Assembly: GCF_001194135.2 (NCBI RefSeq)
Contig: NC_069001.1
Coordinates: forward strand, 29,815,549 to 29,871,362
Source of the DNA: Octopus bimaculoides
Taxonomy: Eukaryota
DNA: 55,814 nt
Direction of reading: 5' to 3'
The notes beneath the pieces were generated by a model. It was not told the origin of the DNA, ran no database searches, and saw nothing but the letters and a program-made list of their open reading frames with translations. The translations under genes were made by a program, and so were the position numbers. Below, piece by piece: positions 39,002 through 52,688 of the stretch (positions are counted from its first letter, which is position 1; every line of letters starts with the position of its first letter).

Positions 39002-39612
39002 GCCAGAGAATGAGAGACTTAAAGATATTTTTTTATGTATTGAGCAATTAAGTTGTAATCTCAAAAATGTAATTCGATATGGATTTAGCATTCATTGGTT
39101 AAAGATAAACTGAGGCAAACAATTATATTTGTTGTGTATTTTGCGTCTTTTTTGTTAATGAAATATATATCAATGCAGGAGAATGTGGGAATATGAAAAC
39201 GTAATGCGAAATTTTCTAAGTGAATTCAGGTTAACGATAATAAATATATACATTACTTGCTAGAACGGAAATATATTATATGAAAATATTTCCTACAACA
39301 CATTTCAGTGTTCATTTTTATGTTGTTATTAATTCATCGTTTATGAATTTATGTCTTCGTATAAGGAAATATATACTTATAGAAAATGTATAGATAATAT
39401 CTATGAGATTTATATATAAAACGTCGTAATGCGGAAGTAGGCTTGGATGTGCTAGCATTTCGACCTCAAAATCTGCACATGCGCACTTCCCCGCGCGCAC
39501 AGCCACACTTATACACATACACAAACTCACGCATGTGTGTGTGTGTGTGTACTTATATATGAATGTATATGCATGGATATCTATCTATTATTATTTCTCT
39601 CTCTCTCTCTCT

Positions 39613-39685
<73 letters not shown>

Positions 39686-40758
39686 TGTGTGTGAAGTTAC
39701 ATGCTTTGTATATACATTATATATATATATATATATATAATGTGCGTCTGTTGTGTTGTGTCTGGGTGTGCGTGTTGAGCAATGCCAAATTATGATACAA
39801 GAAGACAAGATTATGCGTGAAATTTGATACCTGCAGTCTAATATTACCAAACTTCGTAGTTCAGAAATGATAACTGTATGACTATGAGGAGCAAAGCTGG
39901 AAAACTCTAATGCATGATATGACGTCGGTTACTTTCAACATAAGTACAATTTGAAACGGTTTGATGGGTACTAAATTATGTGTATTGGATGGAATGTGCC
40001 TTTCAAATTAATACTTGACATATTTCTGCAGACATTTTGTCCTTACAAATGAGTTACACGAACGAGGTTCACCGTTATGTCATATGTAGCAACGAGGCGA
40101 GTGCAAGTGTATGCATACACACTCACTCACACACACACACACACACACACACAAACAATATATATATGCATATATATTTGTATACAGAATAAACCTGGAA
40201 CACGGAATAAAAAACAGAAGGAATTTGGCAGCAGGCGACTACAGAGAATCGAATCTTGTACCTCTCAGTTACCAGTTAATCGCTTTGTAGCGTCAGAATA
40301 AGAACATCAACCTCTACATACGTACGTATGTATGTATGTATGTATATATATATGTACGTATGGATAAATCTATTGATGCGTATATATATGGACGTGGTGA
40401 GAGTGAAAAAGACGGAGGGAGAGAGGGAGACTGACAGACAGACACAGACGGAGGGAAAGAGCGAGGGAGACAGAGCAGGCTTTGTGCTGAAAAATGACTA
40501 GCACTTGTGATTACGGTGTATAAATATATAAAATATATCTAACGTGTTTTTATTAGAAACGCTGAAGCGTGTATTGTACCATTTAAACAATACGATATTG
40601 TTATGAAAGCAGAATTGCTGTTAGAATAGCAGAAAAACTGGATAAGATAGACAAATTAGTAAGCAAAAAGCCAGAAGAATTTGTCACAAAAAAGAAACAG
40701 GAATCAACATCCCTATTATTTCTCCACGTGCGGTTAACACAACCCCACTATTTACTGA

Positions 40759-40774
<16 letters not shown>

Positions 40775-40796
<22 letters not shown>

Positions 40797-41365
40797 GATG
40801 AAAAATAATAAGGCAGAATGCTAAATTGAAAGCATATTTTAATATAGATTTCTAACCGGCTTTGATTGCATGGCAAATTTTTAAGAAGAGGGAGAATGAA
40901 ATTTTTTTTTTACAAAAGAGTGAAAAATAATATATAATACAAATAATATATAAAAAATAAATATACCAATACATTATATTGTCTTTGATCTTTTAAAGTT
41001 CAATGGTAATCCATGTAGATAATAGTTGGAAAAATAAGGATGCATGAAATTGTGTTAGGTTTAAAAAAAGAGAAAAGCGGCCAAAGGTTTATGTGTTAAG
41101 CAGGAAGTGTGATGTCAAAACAGGAAGTGTGTGTAAGGGGAGACAAATCTCCTTAGTTGGAGTTATGGACTCTTTGTCAACAGGAAGCTTATGTCTGTTC
41201 CTAGAGAAATAAGGTCACTGAGGGGAATGTGTGTTAAGAAGTGGTTGGAATTTCTCTATGAAAAGATTCTACTCGTTGATTCTTTCTTGTGTGGAGATTC
41301 TGTCTTTACATTGAGAGAAAGGGAATATAAAGAATTTAGGGTTTTTGTTTCTGGTGCAAGAGCCT
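40775..41365 (-). mobile_element. Penelope-like retroelement 3' end (GIY-YIG endonuclease C-terminus plus UTR)
   Basis: The minus strand 41365-41215 reads GSCTRNKNPKFFIFPFSQCKDRISTQERINE*NLFIEKFQPLLN...*. This matches the PLE GIY-YIG tail pattern F.IFPF......R...E..FI.KF.P.LN. Both ends are flanked by (TA)n. Confidence 0.7.
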
Positions 41366-42742
41366 ATCTATATATATATATATTTGTCTAGCTCATAAAC
41401 ATCTAACGTCTTAGTAAGTTGAGAACACACATTTAGTGGTTAGACGCTTTGACGTCTATTTTTAGCATATAAGGGGTCCACATAGTGATCTCTGATATTA
41501 CTTATAATATGTAAATAGAATTCACGGTACTCGGACATTTTTAAGTATGTTGACCACTAGCTGAAAATGAAATTTTATAATATTATTTGATAATATTTAA
41601 TCTCTACTCTTGTTATATATATGTCTGTGTATATGTATGTATCTGTGAGAGACAGAAAGAGAATGAGAAGATACATACATACGCATACATATACAAAAAT
41701 GGACTCGCCCGTCAAAGAGGACGTTTGCACGATCTGCTGTTGTCGATTGACTAGCAGAAATAATTTGTTCAGTGTGATCGAATGTTTGGCCGAGCATTAC
41801 CGCACATCTTCTACGAAATCGGCGTCGTCTCTCTGTGTACTAGTATACACACATGCGCGGACACACACACACATACATATGTAAACCTTTTCTTTCACAC
41901 GGTCCATAGAGGCCAAGCTATGTCACCACCTTATATACATCATATGTAAACTGCTTACATATGACGTAATTTCTATTCCATCTAACGTTTTTAGATGAGT
42001 GTATAATTTGTAAATTGCAGAAATTTATCAGTGCAGCAGTTCAGCTTAAATGGTAACGCACTCTGACCGGAAATTAAAGCGATGTGAGTACGAGGCTCAT
42101 GGCTGTTTGTTTACAAACTTTTGTGCTCTATAAGGGTTTTCTCGTATATATGCTGTTCTATCAGTACTTACATGTTAAAAAAATATATCTTTCTACTTAT
42201 ATAAATAAATATATACATACATACATACAGAAACGCACACGTTAACACACATTTATGTATATTCAGAGAGGTAACTAGAGTGATACACATATGAACATTG
42301 AAGAACACCGCTGAAGATTACGTGATGAGTTAAGAACTGGTTTTCAATAAGGACCAACCCGGCTCAGTATACGTGCGCATAATAATATTCTAATTTAATG
42401 TAATGTCATATAACACAGGGATAGCTGAATGAAGATATCGTGAGACGAAATGAGTTTTTCTGACAGAGAATATTGTTTACGCTTTAGGCAATATCTTCTG
42501 AATATAAATGGGTTCTGAAACCATTTTTTACTTAATTATGTTCTTACGACAAATATATACTTCAAAACAATCTCTCTCAGTTTCTGTGTCTGCCCCTATA
42601 TTTGTCTTTATTGAAAAATATTATCTGAAGTGAGATATTCCCTAGTAAATTCATTACGACAAGTTGTCCATTATTGTGGGTCCAATTTTCTATTATATGT
42701 GTGAATGTATACATCTCTTTCTCTGTGTTCACCCCCTCTCTC

Positions 42743-42807
<65 letters not shown>

Positions 42808-43090
42808 NNNNNNNNNNNNNNNNNNNNNNNNNNNNNNNNNNNNNNNNNNNNNNNNNNNNNNNNNNNNNNNNNNNNNNNNNNNNNNNNNNNNNNNNNNNNN
42901 NNNNNNNNNNNNNNNNNNNNNNNNNNNNNNNNNNNNNNNNNNNNNNNNNNNNNNNNNNNNNNNNNNNNNNNNNNNNNNNNNNNNNNNNNNNNNNNNNNNN
43001 NNNNNNNNNNNNNNNNNNNNNNNNNNNNNNNNNNNNNNNNNNNNNNNNNNNNNNNNNNNNNNNNNNNNNNNNNNNNNNNNNNNNNNNNNN

Positions 43091-43123
<33 letters not shown>

Positions 43124-44099
43124 CATATATATATGAATACACATCTTTACATATAGTGATGTATATATACACGCACACACTCGTATGTGTGTATATATGT
43201 GTTTGTTTGTATGTATATATGTACGTATACAGGTAGAGAGGGAGGACGGAAAGGGATGGTACAGGTATTCACATGAATATATAAATAATAAAAGGATGGA
43301 TATAACCACGTACCTAGGTTTCAAAATATTCGCAAAACCGATTATTTAACGCTTGTTTTGCAGTAGCTATCCCAACATTTCGACAATACCATAAATGGTT
43401 CTCACTGTGCAACAAAGACTACCTTAAAATAAATCATTTCTTTATATCTGCATTACAAATTACACAAAGACTGGAATTCCACAAAAATTACTTAAATTTG
43501 AATATCTATGTATTTTTGTGTGCTTTTTTTGTGGGTATGTTTGTGTCTATCTTTATGTACTTGTATGATAGTACCTACATGTGTGTGCGTGCTCGAGCGC
43601 GCTCGTGTGTGTTTTTTTCTGTTTATGTGTGTGTATATATCTATGTACTTGTGTTTGTATGTGTGTGCTTTTCTGTGCGTATATCTGTATTATTACATTC
43701 GTGTTTGTGCGAGTTCCTGGGTGAGTGTGTGGTGCAGTATGTGTGCGTATGTGTGTGTGCTTGTGTGTGTGTGTGTGTGAATTTGAAGGTACGCAGAAAA
43801 AATACTTTGCTGGGGCTGTTCCTAGACAGCTACAAATCTTTGCCTAGTCTTGAAAGTGAACGTAGCCGTCTTGTTTATCAATACCTATTTTTCATATCCC
43901 TAAAGCTTACTACAATGTTATTGCAATATTTATTTTTGCATAACTTTAAAATCTGTTATTTTTGCCTTTAAATGCTTTCTGTATCGATAAAATATATACT
44001 AGTTGAGTGCGGTTATCGAAATAATCGACTAACCCCACCCACTATAGATACTGGATTTTTGCCAAATTATGAAAGAGTATTACTCTTTTAAAATTCTTC

Positions 44100-44460
44100 T
44101 TTTTACTTGTGCCATTGGCTTTATCCTGCTGTAAAACAAAACTATCTAGATCCACTTTGGATAGACTTTGACGACTCCCAGGTATTTGGATCAACGAAAC
44201 AAGGGAGACAAGTGGATTTTTTCTGGTCTTCTCAACTGAATTTGGTGGGTCCCGGTTGTATGGTGCCCGAGGCAGTCTCTGCAAACACGAGTCGACAAAT
44301 GAGGCGCGTTTGGGGCACTCATTTGATGTATCATGCCACGGTAGACGCTTCATTCGCAACCAACTCTTCCCTGCGATAAATGTCCCCGGCGCTTCTATAC
44401 TGCGGTTGTCCTGAGCAGCCACCCAATAAAACCACCATTATCCGCGTCCATTTAGATGAA
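44100..44460 (-). mobile_element. RTE-like LINE ORF 3' end, decayed
   Basis: The minus strand reads SIEAPG...WLRMKRLPWH, then after a frameshift VPQTRLICRLVFAETASG...GPTKFS*EDQKK...VDPNTWE...SGSR*. This resembles RRLRW.GH..RM...R......EL..G.R..G.P...W.D..K.......D...WE. Confidence 0.6.
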
Positions 44461-44657
44461 GAGATTCAATCACGCTCTACCGATCTATTACCTGGATACA
44501 AGTTGTCACCGCTGCCGATGCTATATGTGTATATCTTTTTATATATATATTTATATACATATCTCTTTATATGTCTATTTATCTATCTATCTATCTATCC
44601 ATCCATCTATATACTTATATATCCATCTATCTATCCATCCATACATGTACATATATT

Positions 44658-44697
<40 letters not shown>

Positions 44698-45149
44698 TGT
44701 GTGTGTGTGTATGTGTGTGTGTATAAGTCTCTTACGTAAATCTTGAAAATTTTCCATTAACTATACACATAATTTAGGACATAAATTTTACATGCATTTC
44801 GCATAAAATGTAAGGAAAAAATAAAATTGTTGCTGATTTGTTATTTCGTTAAATTCTGACATTTCCCCAAAAAAACTTTAAACAACCTGAAGTGCTTAAT
44901 AATTATTTAGCATTTCGAAGCTATGTTTCTCTCTGTTGAAGACTATGCCTCGAGACGTGTACAGGTGTATGAGCTCTATATCTTTTAGACGTTCGCATTT
45001 ATTTATATGCATTACTGATTATATCGAAAAGTTATGTTCCACTTCGTCATTAAAATCAATATTTAATTGTTAAACTGTCAAATCACATTGTAGATTTTCC
45101 GTTTTCGCTTCCTCTGAAGAGACGTATACAAAATAAGTATACGCTTTCT

Positions 45150-45330
45150 CTCTCCGCCTTAGCGAAGAAGCATGTTTTGTTTTTCAGTCGTGTTTGTTGG
45201 TCCTTCTACAAGGTATCTTGGATGGATTGGAATGAAACTTGCAGGGATGTTTGGTCTCGTGAAGGGTACAAAATGATTAGATTGTGAGATCGATCCAGTA
45301 CTGGACAAGGATTCTGGATTATTTTTCTTG
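45150..45330. mobile_element. Helentron-associated/DINE-1-like short element, second copy
   Basis: Contains ctccgccttagcgaag (terminal stem-loop-like), tggatggattggaatgaaactt and ttctggattatttttc. Reverse-colinear with 6496-6685. Confidence 0.5.
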
Positions 45331-45398
45331 TGTTTAATTAATTTTCGAGAGCGCTGTACATTCATATATGTATGTATATATATATATATATTATATGC

Positions 45399-45439
<41 letters not shown>

Positions 45440-45511
45440 TATATTTATTTATTTACGTGTATCTTTCTATGAACCATCCACTTTCTATCTCTCTTACTCT
45501 CTCTCTCCCTC

Positions 45512-45553
<42 letters not shown>

Positions 45554-47329
45554 CATACAGAGACACAGAGACAGAGAAAACGGGCAGCTGAGCGTGTTAT
45601 AAACGATATCGGCTAAATGTATATCACTAACTGTGTTTGTACTTGCTACTACAAACAGATGTAATGATACAAATAAGAGTTAAACCACTCATAGTAGTTA
45701 GTTACTATACGTATCAGTCAGATACTATATATGTATAATTATCGCTATCATGATGTCTTCGGATCAGCTCTGATTGTGTAGACATATGAGCAAATTTAAT
45801 CATACTGTATTGTGATTCATCTGAAACTATAGTTTTTTAATGTATGCTCCATTTTAAAAACCATCTGATTCGAGAGAGTTTGCATGTCGTCAATCAGGGT
45901 TTTTCCGAAATTCAATAAATATGACTAACGCATTTTATGTAAGCACGAAACAAAATTTCTCATAAATGGTGTAGTGATCAAGACTTTTGCAATGACCTGC
46001 AATATTGTACTTTTTGTTATCCAAAACATACATTAAATTGACCAAAATCACTGCTGTCCTACGTGAGAAACCACTCTAGGCAGAAAAGAATGTTAGCTAT
46101 CAAGTGAAGATATATTTTGAATTATTGAACCATACAATGACCTGACATTTATCAAGAAATAATCGATTACACAGTCATTGTAAAAAAAACAAAGGAAACC
46201 AAATTAAATTGTAATCCTGCCAAACAGAGAATATCTAAATGCCACAAAGATTTAAATACCGCAATTTTTTCCAGATTTAGGAACGAACTACCTATTTATA
46301 AGTTAAACATATACTGCCGGTAAAAATGTTGCATGTGCTACTGAATTTAAACTATAAACTGATACTATCTTGGCGTTTTGAAATTTAAATATACGTGTTG
46401 TAGGCATCTGCGTAACCGATTCAACTTATGGATATAGCATCAAAATCTACCTCAACGCGTTCGATTGTGTGACGAAGAACAAGACAGTCACAATCGTAAG
46501 ATATTTGATAATGTCTTTGCGAATAAACGCTGCTGCTGAAGTAATAAACATCGACCATAACGCTAAGGATGTTAATAAATACGGTTGAAAAACACAAGAA
46601 CATTTGTAAATTTGAGAGTATTCATTGTTATTTGCTTGAATGCAAAAGGATCAAGGTAATACTTAGAGCAAGAGGAAATAAATAATGACCGGAAATTAGT
46701 CAACGTTCCTTATATATTAAGCAAATGACCTCCTTTATAACGATAAGCAACATTAGCATGATTTAACGCTGAATATTTCTAGATAACATTTCTATAATTA
46801 TCCTAAACTCCCAAGGGGTGAATGAAATGTATATTTATGGCTTCTCTTAAATATTACTCTAATAACTTATATGAGAGCAAATCATTAGATTGGCTCGGAA
46901 TCTGTTATTGCTGATGCTCATTGAAGTATAATATATACATACATTACTGTCACAATTAATGTCTGTTGAATTAATGCTGCAAACAAGCTCTCTGTATAAA
47001 CCTGGAAGATGAGGTTTTCGATAAAATTAAAATATCGTGGATGCTAATTGAGAAATGTAAGGAATTCTATAGAAATGTATGTATTGCGATGATAACTTGA
47101 ATATATAGGTGGATCGGTAATATTGTAAGTTTAGATTACATCTGACGGAAGCTGAAGACAGATACAAAATGTGATTATTTACGGTGTATGGAAGCATAGA
47201 AATGCGAATGAGTGAAACATTCCAGTAAATGAATTAACGCTTTTACGTATATCGATTACATGCTTTCTCTCTTTTCAATGTAATCCATATGGATGGATAC
47301 ATACCTATATTGCTACACACATGTGTATG

Positions 47330-47461
47330 TATATATATATATATATATAATATACATATTTGTATAAAAGTGCATACAGACATACATATAGATATAAATC
47401 ACAGACACACACACACACATAAATAAATAAACACATATATATATATGTATGTGTATGTGTG

Positions 47462-47497
<36 letters not shown>

Positions 47498-48040
47498 CAT
47501 ATATTTATATATATATATACATATATTTATATATANNNNNNNNNNNNNNNNNNNNNNNNNNNNNNNNNNNNNNNNNNNNNNNNNNNNNNNNNNNNNNNNN
47601 NNNNNNNNNNNNNNNNNNNNNNNNNNNNNNNNNNNNNNNNNNNNNNNNNNNNNNNNNNNNNNNNNNNNNNNNNNNNNNNNNNNNNNNNNNNNNNNNNNNN
47701 NNNNNNNNNNNNNNNNNNNNNNNNNNNNNNNNNNNNNNNNNNNNNNNNNNNNNTATATTTGTATATACATATATACATATATTTGTATATACATATATAC
47801 ATATATTTGTATATACATATATACATATATTTATATATATACATATATTTATATATATATACATATACATATATTTATATATATATACATATACATATAT
47901 TTATATATATACATATACATATATTTATATATATACATATACATATATTTATATATATACATATATTTACATATATACATATATTTATATAGATACATAT
48001 ATACATATATTTATAATATACATAAGTATAAATATAGATA
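47330..48040. repeat. (TA)n-derived satellite with 24-bp higher-order units, around a gap
   Basis: Units atatttgtatatacatatatacat and atatttatatatatacatatacat repeat from about 47755. Confidence 0.85.
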
Positions 48041-48182
48041 GACAGATGCAGAAATGACAGCTAAATTGTTAGAGATTTAAGATGTAAGGTACATGTTGAT
48101 AATGCGCTTATGCCCCAAATTGGGGCTAATTGTATAGTGATGCCATAATTAATAACACGTCGATTCCTATTTTATATTTTAT

Positions 48183-48535
48183 TTTTCTCTTGTTTCACTC
48201 ATTAGACTGCAGCTATGATGAGGTACTGCCTTGAAGAATTTTAATCGAACGATTCAACAAGAGGATTTCTTCTTCTTGTTAAGCCTCGTACTTATTCTGT
48301 TTCTGAAAGGTTAAAACACCAATGCCGGATGGCAAGTCGTGATGGGCGATAACCACAGACACCAGATACGCACATAGTGATATACGTATATATGTATACG
48401 ACGGGTTTCTTTCAGTTTCCGTTTACCATATCCACTTACAGGTCTTCAGTTGGTCCGGCGTTACTACTCAAGGTGTCCCTCAGTGAGACTTACTTCAGAT
48501 CCACGTGGTTAGGAAGCAAAATCAAACTGCTAACA
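48183..48535 (-). mobile_element. SINE family B, decayed
   Basis: Contains tttctcttgtttcactcattagactgcagctatg (tail) and cgacgggtttcttcagtttccgtttacc. Confidence 0.75.
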
Positions 48536-48589
48536 CAGGAACATCTATACAGTGTTAGGAATTCCTATTTTACTGCAAGGCAACGTAAT

Positions 48590-48760
48590 TTAAGCGAGGG
48601 GGCAAATCGAATATATCAAACCCAATGCCTGGCTGGAACTTTATTGTATGGGGCGGAAAGGATGACTCTCAAAATCACCTTCGTCGGAACTTTAAATCAG
48701 GATGTAAAAAGCTGGAAACCATTCAGCTAAGCATTGCTTCCGACGTGCTAAATATTCGAC
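48590..48760 (-). mobile_element. SINE family A, decayed
   Basis: Contains cggaaaggatga and gctaagcattgcttccgacgtgctaa. Confidence 0.6.
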
Positions 48761-48824
48761 ATTCTCGCTGCACTGAATGTATTTTATATAAAGAATATTG
48801 TTTTGAAATTTTGGCTGAATTATA

Positions 48825-48992
48825 GGAACTTCGAAGTCGATTACTTCGAACCCTGTACTCGACTGCTACTCAATTATTGACCCCCAAAAGAATAAAACTT
48901 AAACTCGATCTAACCGAAATTTGAACTCAGGATGTAAAAACTGACGAAATGCCGCTAGGCATTTTGCTCGGCGTGCTTACCATTCTGCCACG
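48825..48992 (-). mobile_element. SINE family A
   Basis: Contains gaaatttgaactcaggatgtaaaaactgacgaaatgccgctaggcattttgctcggcgtgcttaccattctgcca. Confidence 0.8.
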
Positions 48993-49517
48993 AAAAAAAT
49001 TGCACATGCCACTTCATTGGAAATTGAACTGACGAGCATACCAACACAGCTGTGTAAGTTTTTACGCTAGATGAACGTTCTAGCACATACAAATAATATT
49101 GTCTTCTCTAAAACAGGGGTTGAGTAAACTTGATATAAATTAGACAGCCATTAACAAAGGCGTAGACATAAATCGTCCAGAGCACTCCTTCCTTCAACCA
49201 CAAATCTCCGTGACCCTGTACATATGGTACAAATCAATGTATATACCATCAATATTTCTTCAGTGTTTTTGATCATGCATTAACTCGCTAAATTATAGTC
49301 AGGCCAATACATCAATTAATTGTTAGATTGTAATGAAGTTATACCGGTCAACTAATTATTACTCTCTGATCTCTCAGTAAGATTACATTCTAAATATAAT
49401 TATCCGTTATAATGACTACTATCTGTTCGCAGTGCAATCTTTTCGACTGGAATTATCTAGTTAGATTCACACAAAGTAGTAGTGTGTTTAAAAACAATAA
49501 GTACTGTCTCACTCTCT

Positions 49518-49578
<61 letters not shown>

Positions 49579-50169
49579 AAGTAAACTTTAGATTCCATTA
49601 AATTTTTTACTGTCTGTCGCTGCTTCTCTCCACCTCACTCAGCTTTTTCTTCAGATGTTTTAGTTGATCAAGTTTACCCAAGTTTACTTCATATTATTCT
49701 ATCATTTTGTTCGACCAACCGTTAAATCACGAATGTCTTAACAAGTTCGGAACATATACCAATGACTGAAAGTGATCAAATGCAATGTCGCGCCAGGCGG
49801 CACACATATAGACACACACGAGCGTGTGCGTAGGAACAAATTGTCAGGCTTTCACCCAAATCTCTTGTAAACGTAATTCACACGAATTGCTGTATTCGGT
49901 TACAGATTAGGGAAGATGTCACTTACCGAATTGGGGTAATCTAAGCAACCCGGCCAATTCTTAAGCCTTGGAAAACAGATTTCTATGCACATGCATAATC
50001 ACAGGGTATATGTGCGTGTGTGAGAGAAGAAGCGGGAGAGAAATAAAGAAAGAAAGAATGTGGGTGCGCGCGCGCGTATGAAAATTATGTATGTTTGTAT
50101 ATTTGTCCGATCGTAGATGTAGAGGTACTAGCAAAGAACCTTGGATTTGATTCTTCAACTATTCATTGA

Positions 50170-50632
50170 CATCGACGTGGTATCGGAGAAGTCAGCAACT
50201 TAAGTCAAGAGGTTCCTACAAACATTTCGAGTCTCACTGCGTGCAGAGAGTAAATGCGTTTTCATCTTTGCTGTCATATCTCGCGAATGAACCTTTTTGG
50301 ACGGGACAGTGACTAGTGACGAGAAATGGGATCTCTATAAAAAATTTCAATCGCTGAAGGCGGTAGGTAGGGAGAGGAGAAACACCGGCAAGCCACGATG
50401 AAGAAGATCTTCACCCATGTAAGGTGTTGTTATCTGTTTGGTGGGATATGAAATGTTTAATCGACTGAACTTTTAAAACCAACCCAAACGATAGCAAATC
50501 GATCTACTGCGAGCAGCTTGAGCAGCTTAAGCCGCCGCTAGAAGAAGAAAAGGACAATCTTTGCTTTCAAGACGAAAGGTGTTCATCCATCAGGATAATC
50601 CACATACAGCATGGATGACATTCCAACGCCTG

Positions 50633-50635
<3 letters not shown>
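50170..50635 (+). mobile_element. Mariner transposase catalytic-domain relic
   Basis: Translated pieces across frameshifts: GTVTSDEKW (first D), DLHPCKVLLSVWWDMK, IYCEQLEQLK, and RKVFIHQDNPHTAWMTFQRLE (second D, AR lost). It ends at a (TA)n tract. Confidence 0.9.
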
Positions 50636-50690
<55 letters not shown>

Positions 50691-50829
50691 GATTGCACAT
50701 ATGTACATAGATGCATAGAGAGAAATAGAAGGAGAGAGAGAAAGTTAGGTAGGCGGATGCAAATCTCCGTATGTGTCTGTCCATGTGTGACGATAACCAA
50801 ATTATGGTACTTGAAATTACAAATAACTT

Positions 50830-50862
<33 letters not shown>

Positions 50863-52139
50863 CTATGGAACGCTGAATGAAATCTTTGCATGTATGTTGA
50901 ATAATAAATATGAATGAAACAGGACATATTTATTTAATAACTTCACTGTGATAAAGTAAATTCCAAATCTCAAATTTTGTATATCAGACAATCAACTTTT
51001 CAATTCTCTCTTTCTTATTCGTAATGATGTTAGTTAAATAAAATTAAAGGATAAATTGACTTGATAAATATTGAATATGCATATATCGCGTTTATTCATA
51101 GTCGCTCAGTTAAAGCCATTACAATGGCTGAGACAGAAACCGAAGAATTACGTCTCCTCATATCTATACGAAATTACCCGTATGCTTTTGCAAGACTGGA
51201 AACTACTGAAACGAGCGTATTTCATTTTAGCAGACGTGCGTGATGCCACAACCGATACAAAGAAACTTCTAATGTATGTTTGCTTTATTATGTCTGTTAC
51301 AAAGTCATAGTTTGCGTGTCGTATGAATTTAGATGTAGAAAACTATTCTTGCAACATCCAGCCTCTTAAAACTTTAAAACTTCTGGTTGCAACGCGAAGA
51401 CATCACCCCGATAGTTTACATGGGCGCTAAATGCTGGAGTCGCTGGTGACTTTGAAAAGTTTCTTAGGGAAATTTCTGTGGGGACATCACACTGAAATTT
51501 CTTTGTATGTTCCCGTTCGTGTCTTCTGCTTTACATCTGTAATAACTCCTGGACAAAAAAAAAGAGATAATTTCACCTATTGTTTCTTCCAATGAAAATT
51601 GTGTATCGCATGTCTGAATCCGAAGACATTTCTGTTTTAGAGAAATGAGTTTCTAATATTTAGAAAGTAATTGTGGCTCACCTTAAGTAAAATTGAATTA
51701 CTCATTCCCACGAACATGCTGGCCATGTGCTAAAATTTGAAGTCGGTTTTGGTACATGGTCAGCAATATCAGGAGTATATGTGTTAGCTCGATTATATTG
51801 ATATGACTACTCGATTAATTTTAACTCACTACTAGACTTGTATTTCCTTCTGTTAACATCGATAGGATGAATGCCGTCGAAATAATTCATCTTCAGCGGC
51901 ACACATATATTCAGAACTTAAATTGTTGTATTTCCATATATATATATATATATATATATATACACGACTCCGTCTGTTATGAGTTTGCATTATGTATATA
52001 CTGGTTGTGTGTGTGCAAATTTGCCCCCAGTGTGGCTTGTATCCAGTACCTAACATGCAAGAGCAAATAACCCAAAGTACTTTAATCGGTATCTAACAAT
52101 GCTTTCAACCCACTTGTGACATCATTAATGATGTATCAT

Positions 52140-52285
52140 TTTTGGCACAGGGCCAGTTATTTTCAGGGGAGGAGCAGGTCAATTGCAAGTACTTGACTGC
52201 TATTTAACTTTATCGACCACATAAAGAGGAAAAGCCATGCTGATCTCGTTGGGATATATACTGAAAAAACATAGAACCAAAAATA
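52140..52285 (-). mobile_element. SINE family A, heavily decayed
   Basis: Contains tttggcacagggccagttattttcaggggagg and tttatcgaccacataaagaggaaaagcc. Confidence 0.5.
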
Positions 52286-52434
52286 ACTGACGTCATTCCC
52301 TACAGTTCGCCACCAATCCAACAAAGGTAATATACTCTTCAAAGCAAAAATGATGTCCCTGTTTGAGGTACCTCAGTCAAAATTTTCCAAGGAAATCTGT
52401 TAGATTGTATCATCAACCCAATACTTAACGGATT

Positions 52435-52688
52435 ACTACTACTACTACTACTACTACCTATCCTTCTATTCCTTCCCCGTCTCCCATCTCCCTCCTGCCA
52501 CCACTACTACTACTACTACTACTACTTCTGCATCCGCTTTTTCCACCTATTCCTTCTCCAATCCTTCTCTCCCCTCCTGCCACTACTACTACTTCTACTA
52601 CTAATAGTAATAATAATAATAATGATAATAATAATGATAATAATAATGATAATAATAATGATAATAATAATGATAATAATAATGATAA
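52435..52688. repeat. Compound (CTA)n / pyrimidine-rich / (TAA,TGA)n repeat
   Basis: Seen directly; ends in an aataataatgat 12-bp periodic array. Confidence 0.9.

Noticed and set aside
40225-40295. tRNA-like segment on the minus strand, and all SINE heads as tRNA genes
   Set aside because: No complete cloverleaf or acceptor stem; best explained as SINE-head remnants.
41699-41830. Zinc-finger-like peptide CTICCCRLTSRNNLFS
   Set aside because: The His ligands are not correctly placed, there are no splice signals, and it is embedded between microsatellites.
51061-51310. Two overlapping protein-looking short ORFs
   Set aside because: No recognisable motif or splice context, and the lengths are compatible with chance.
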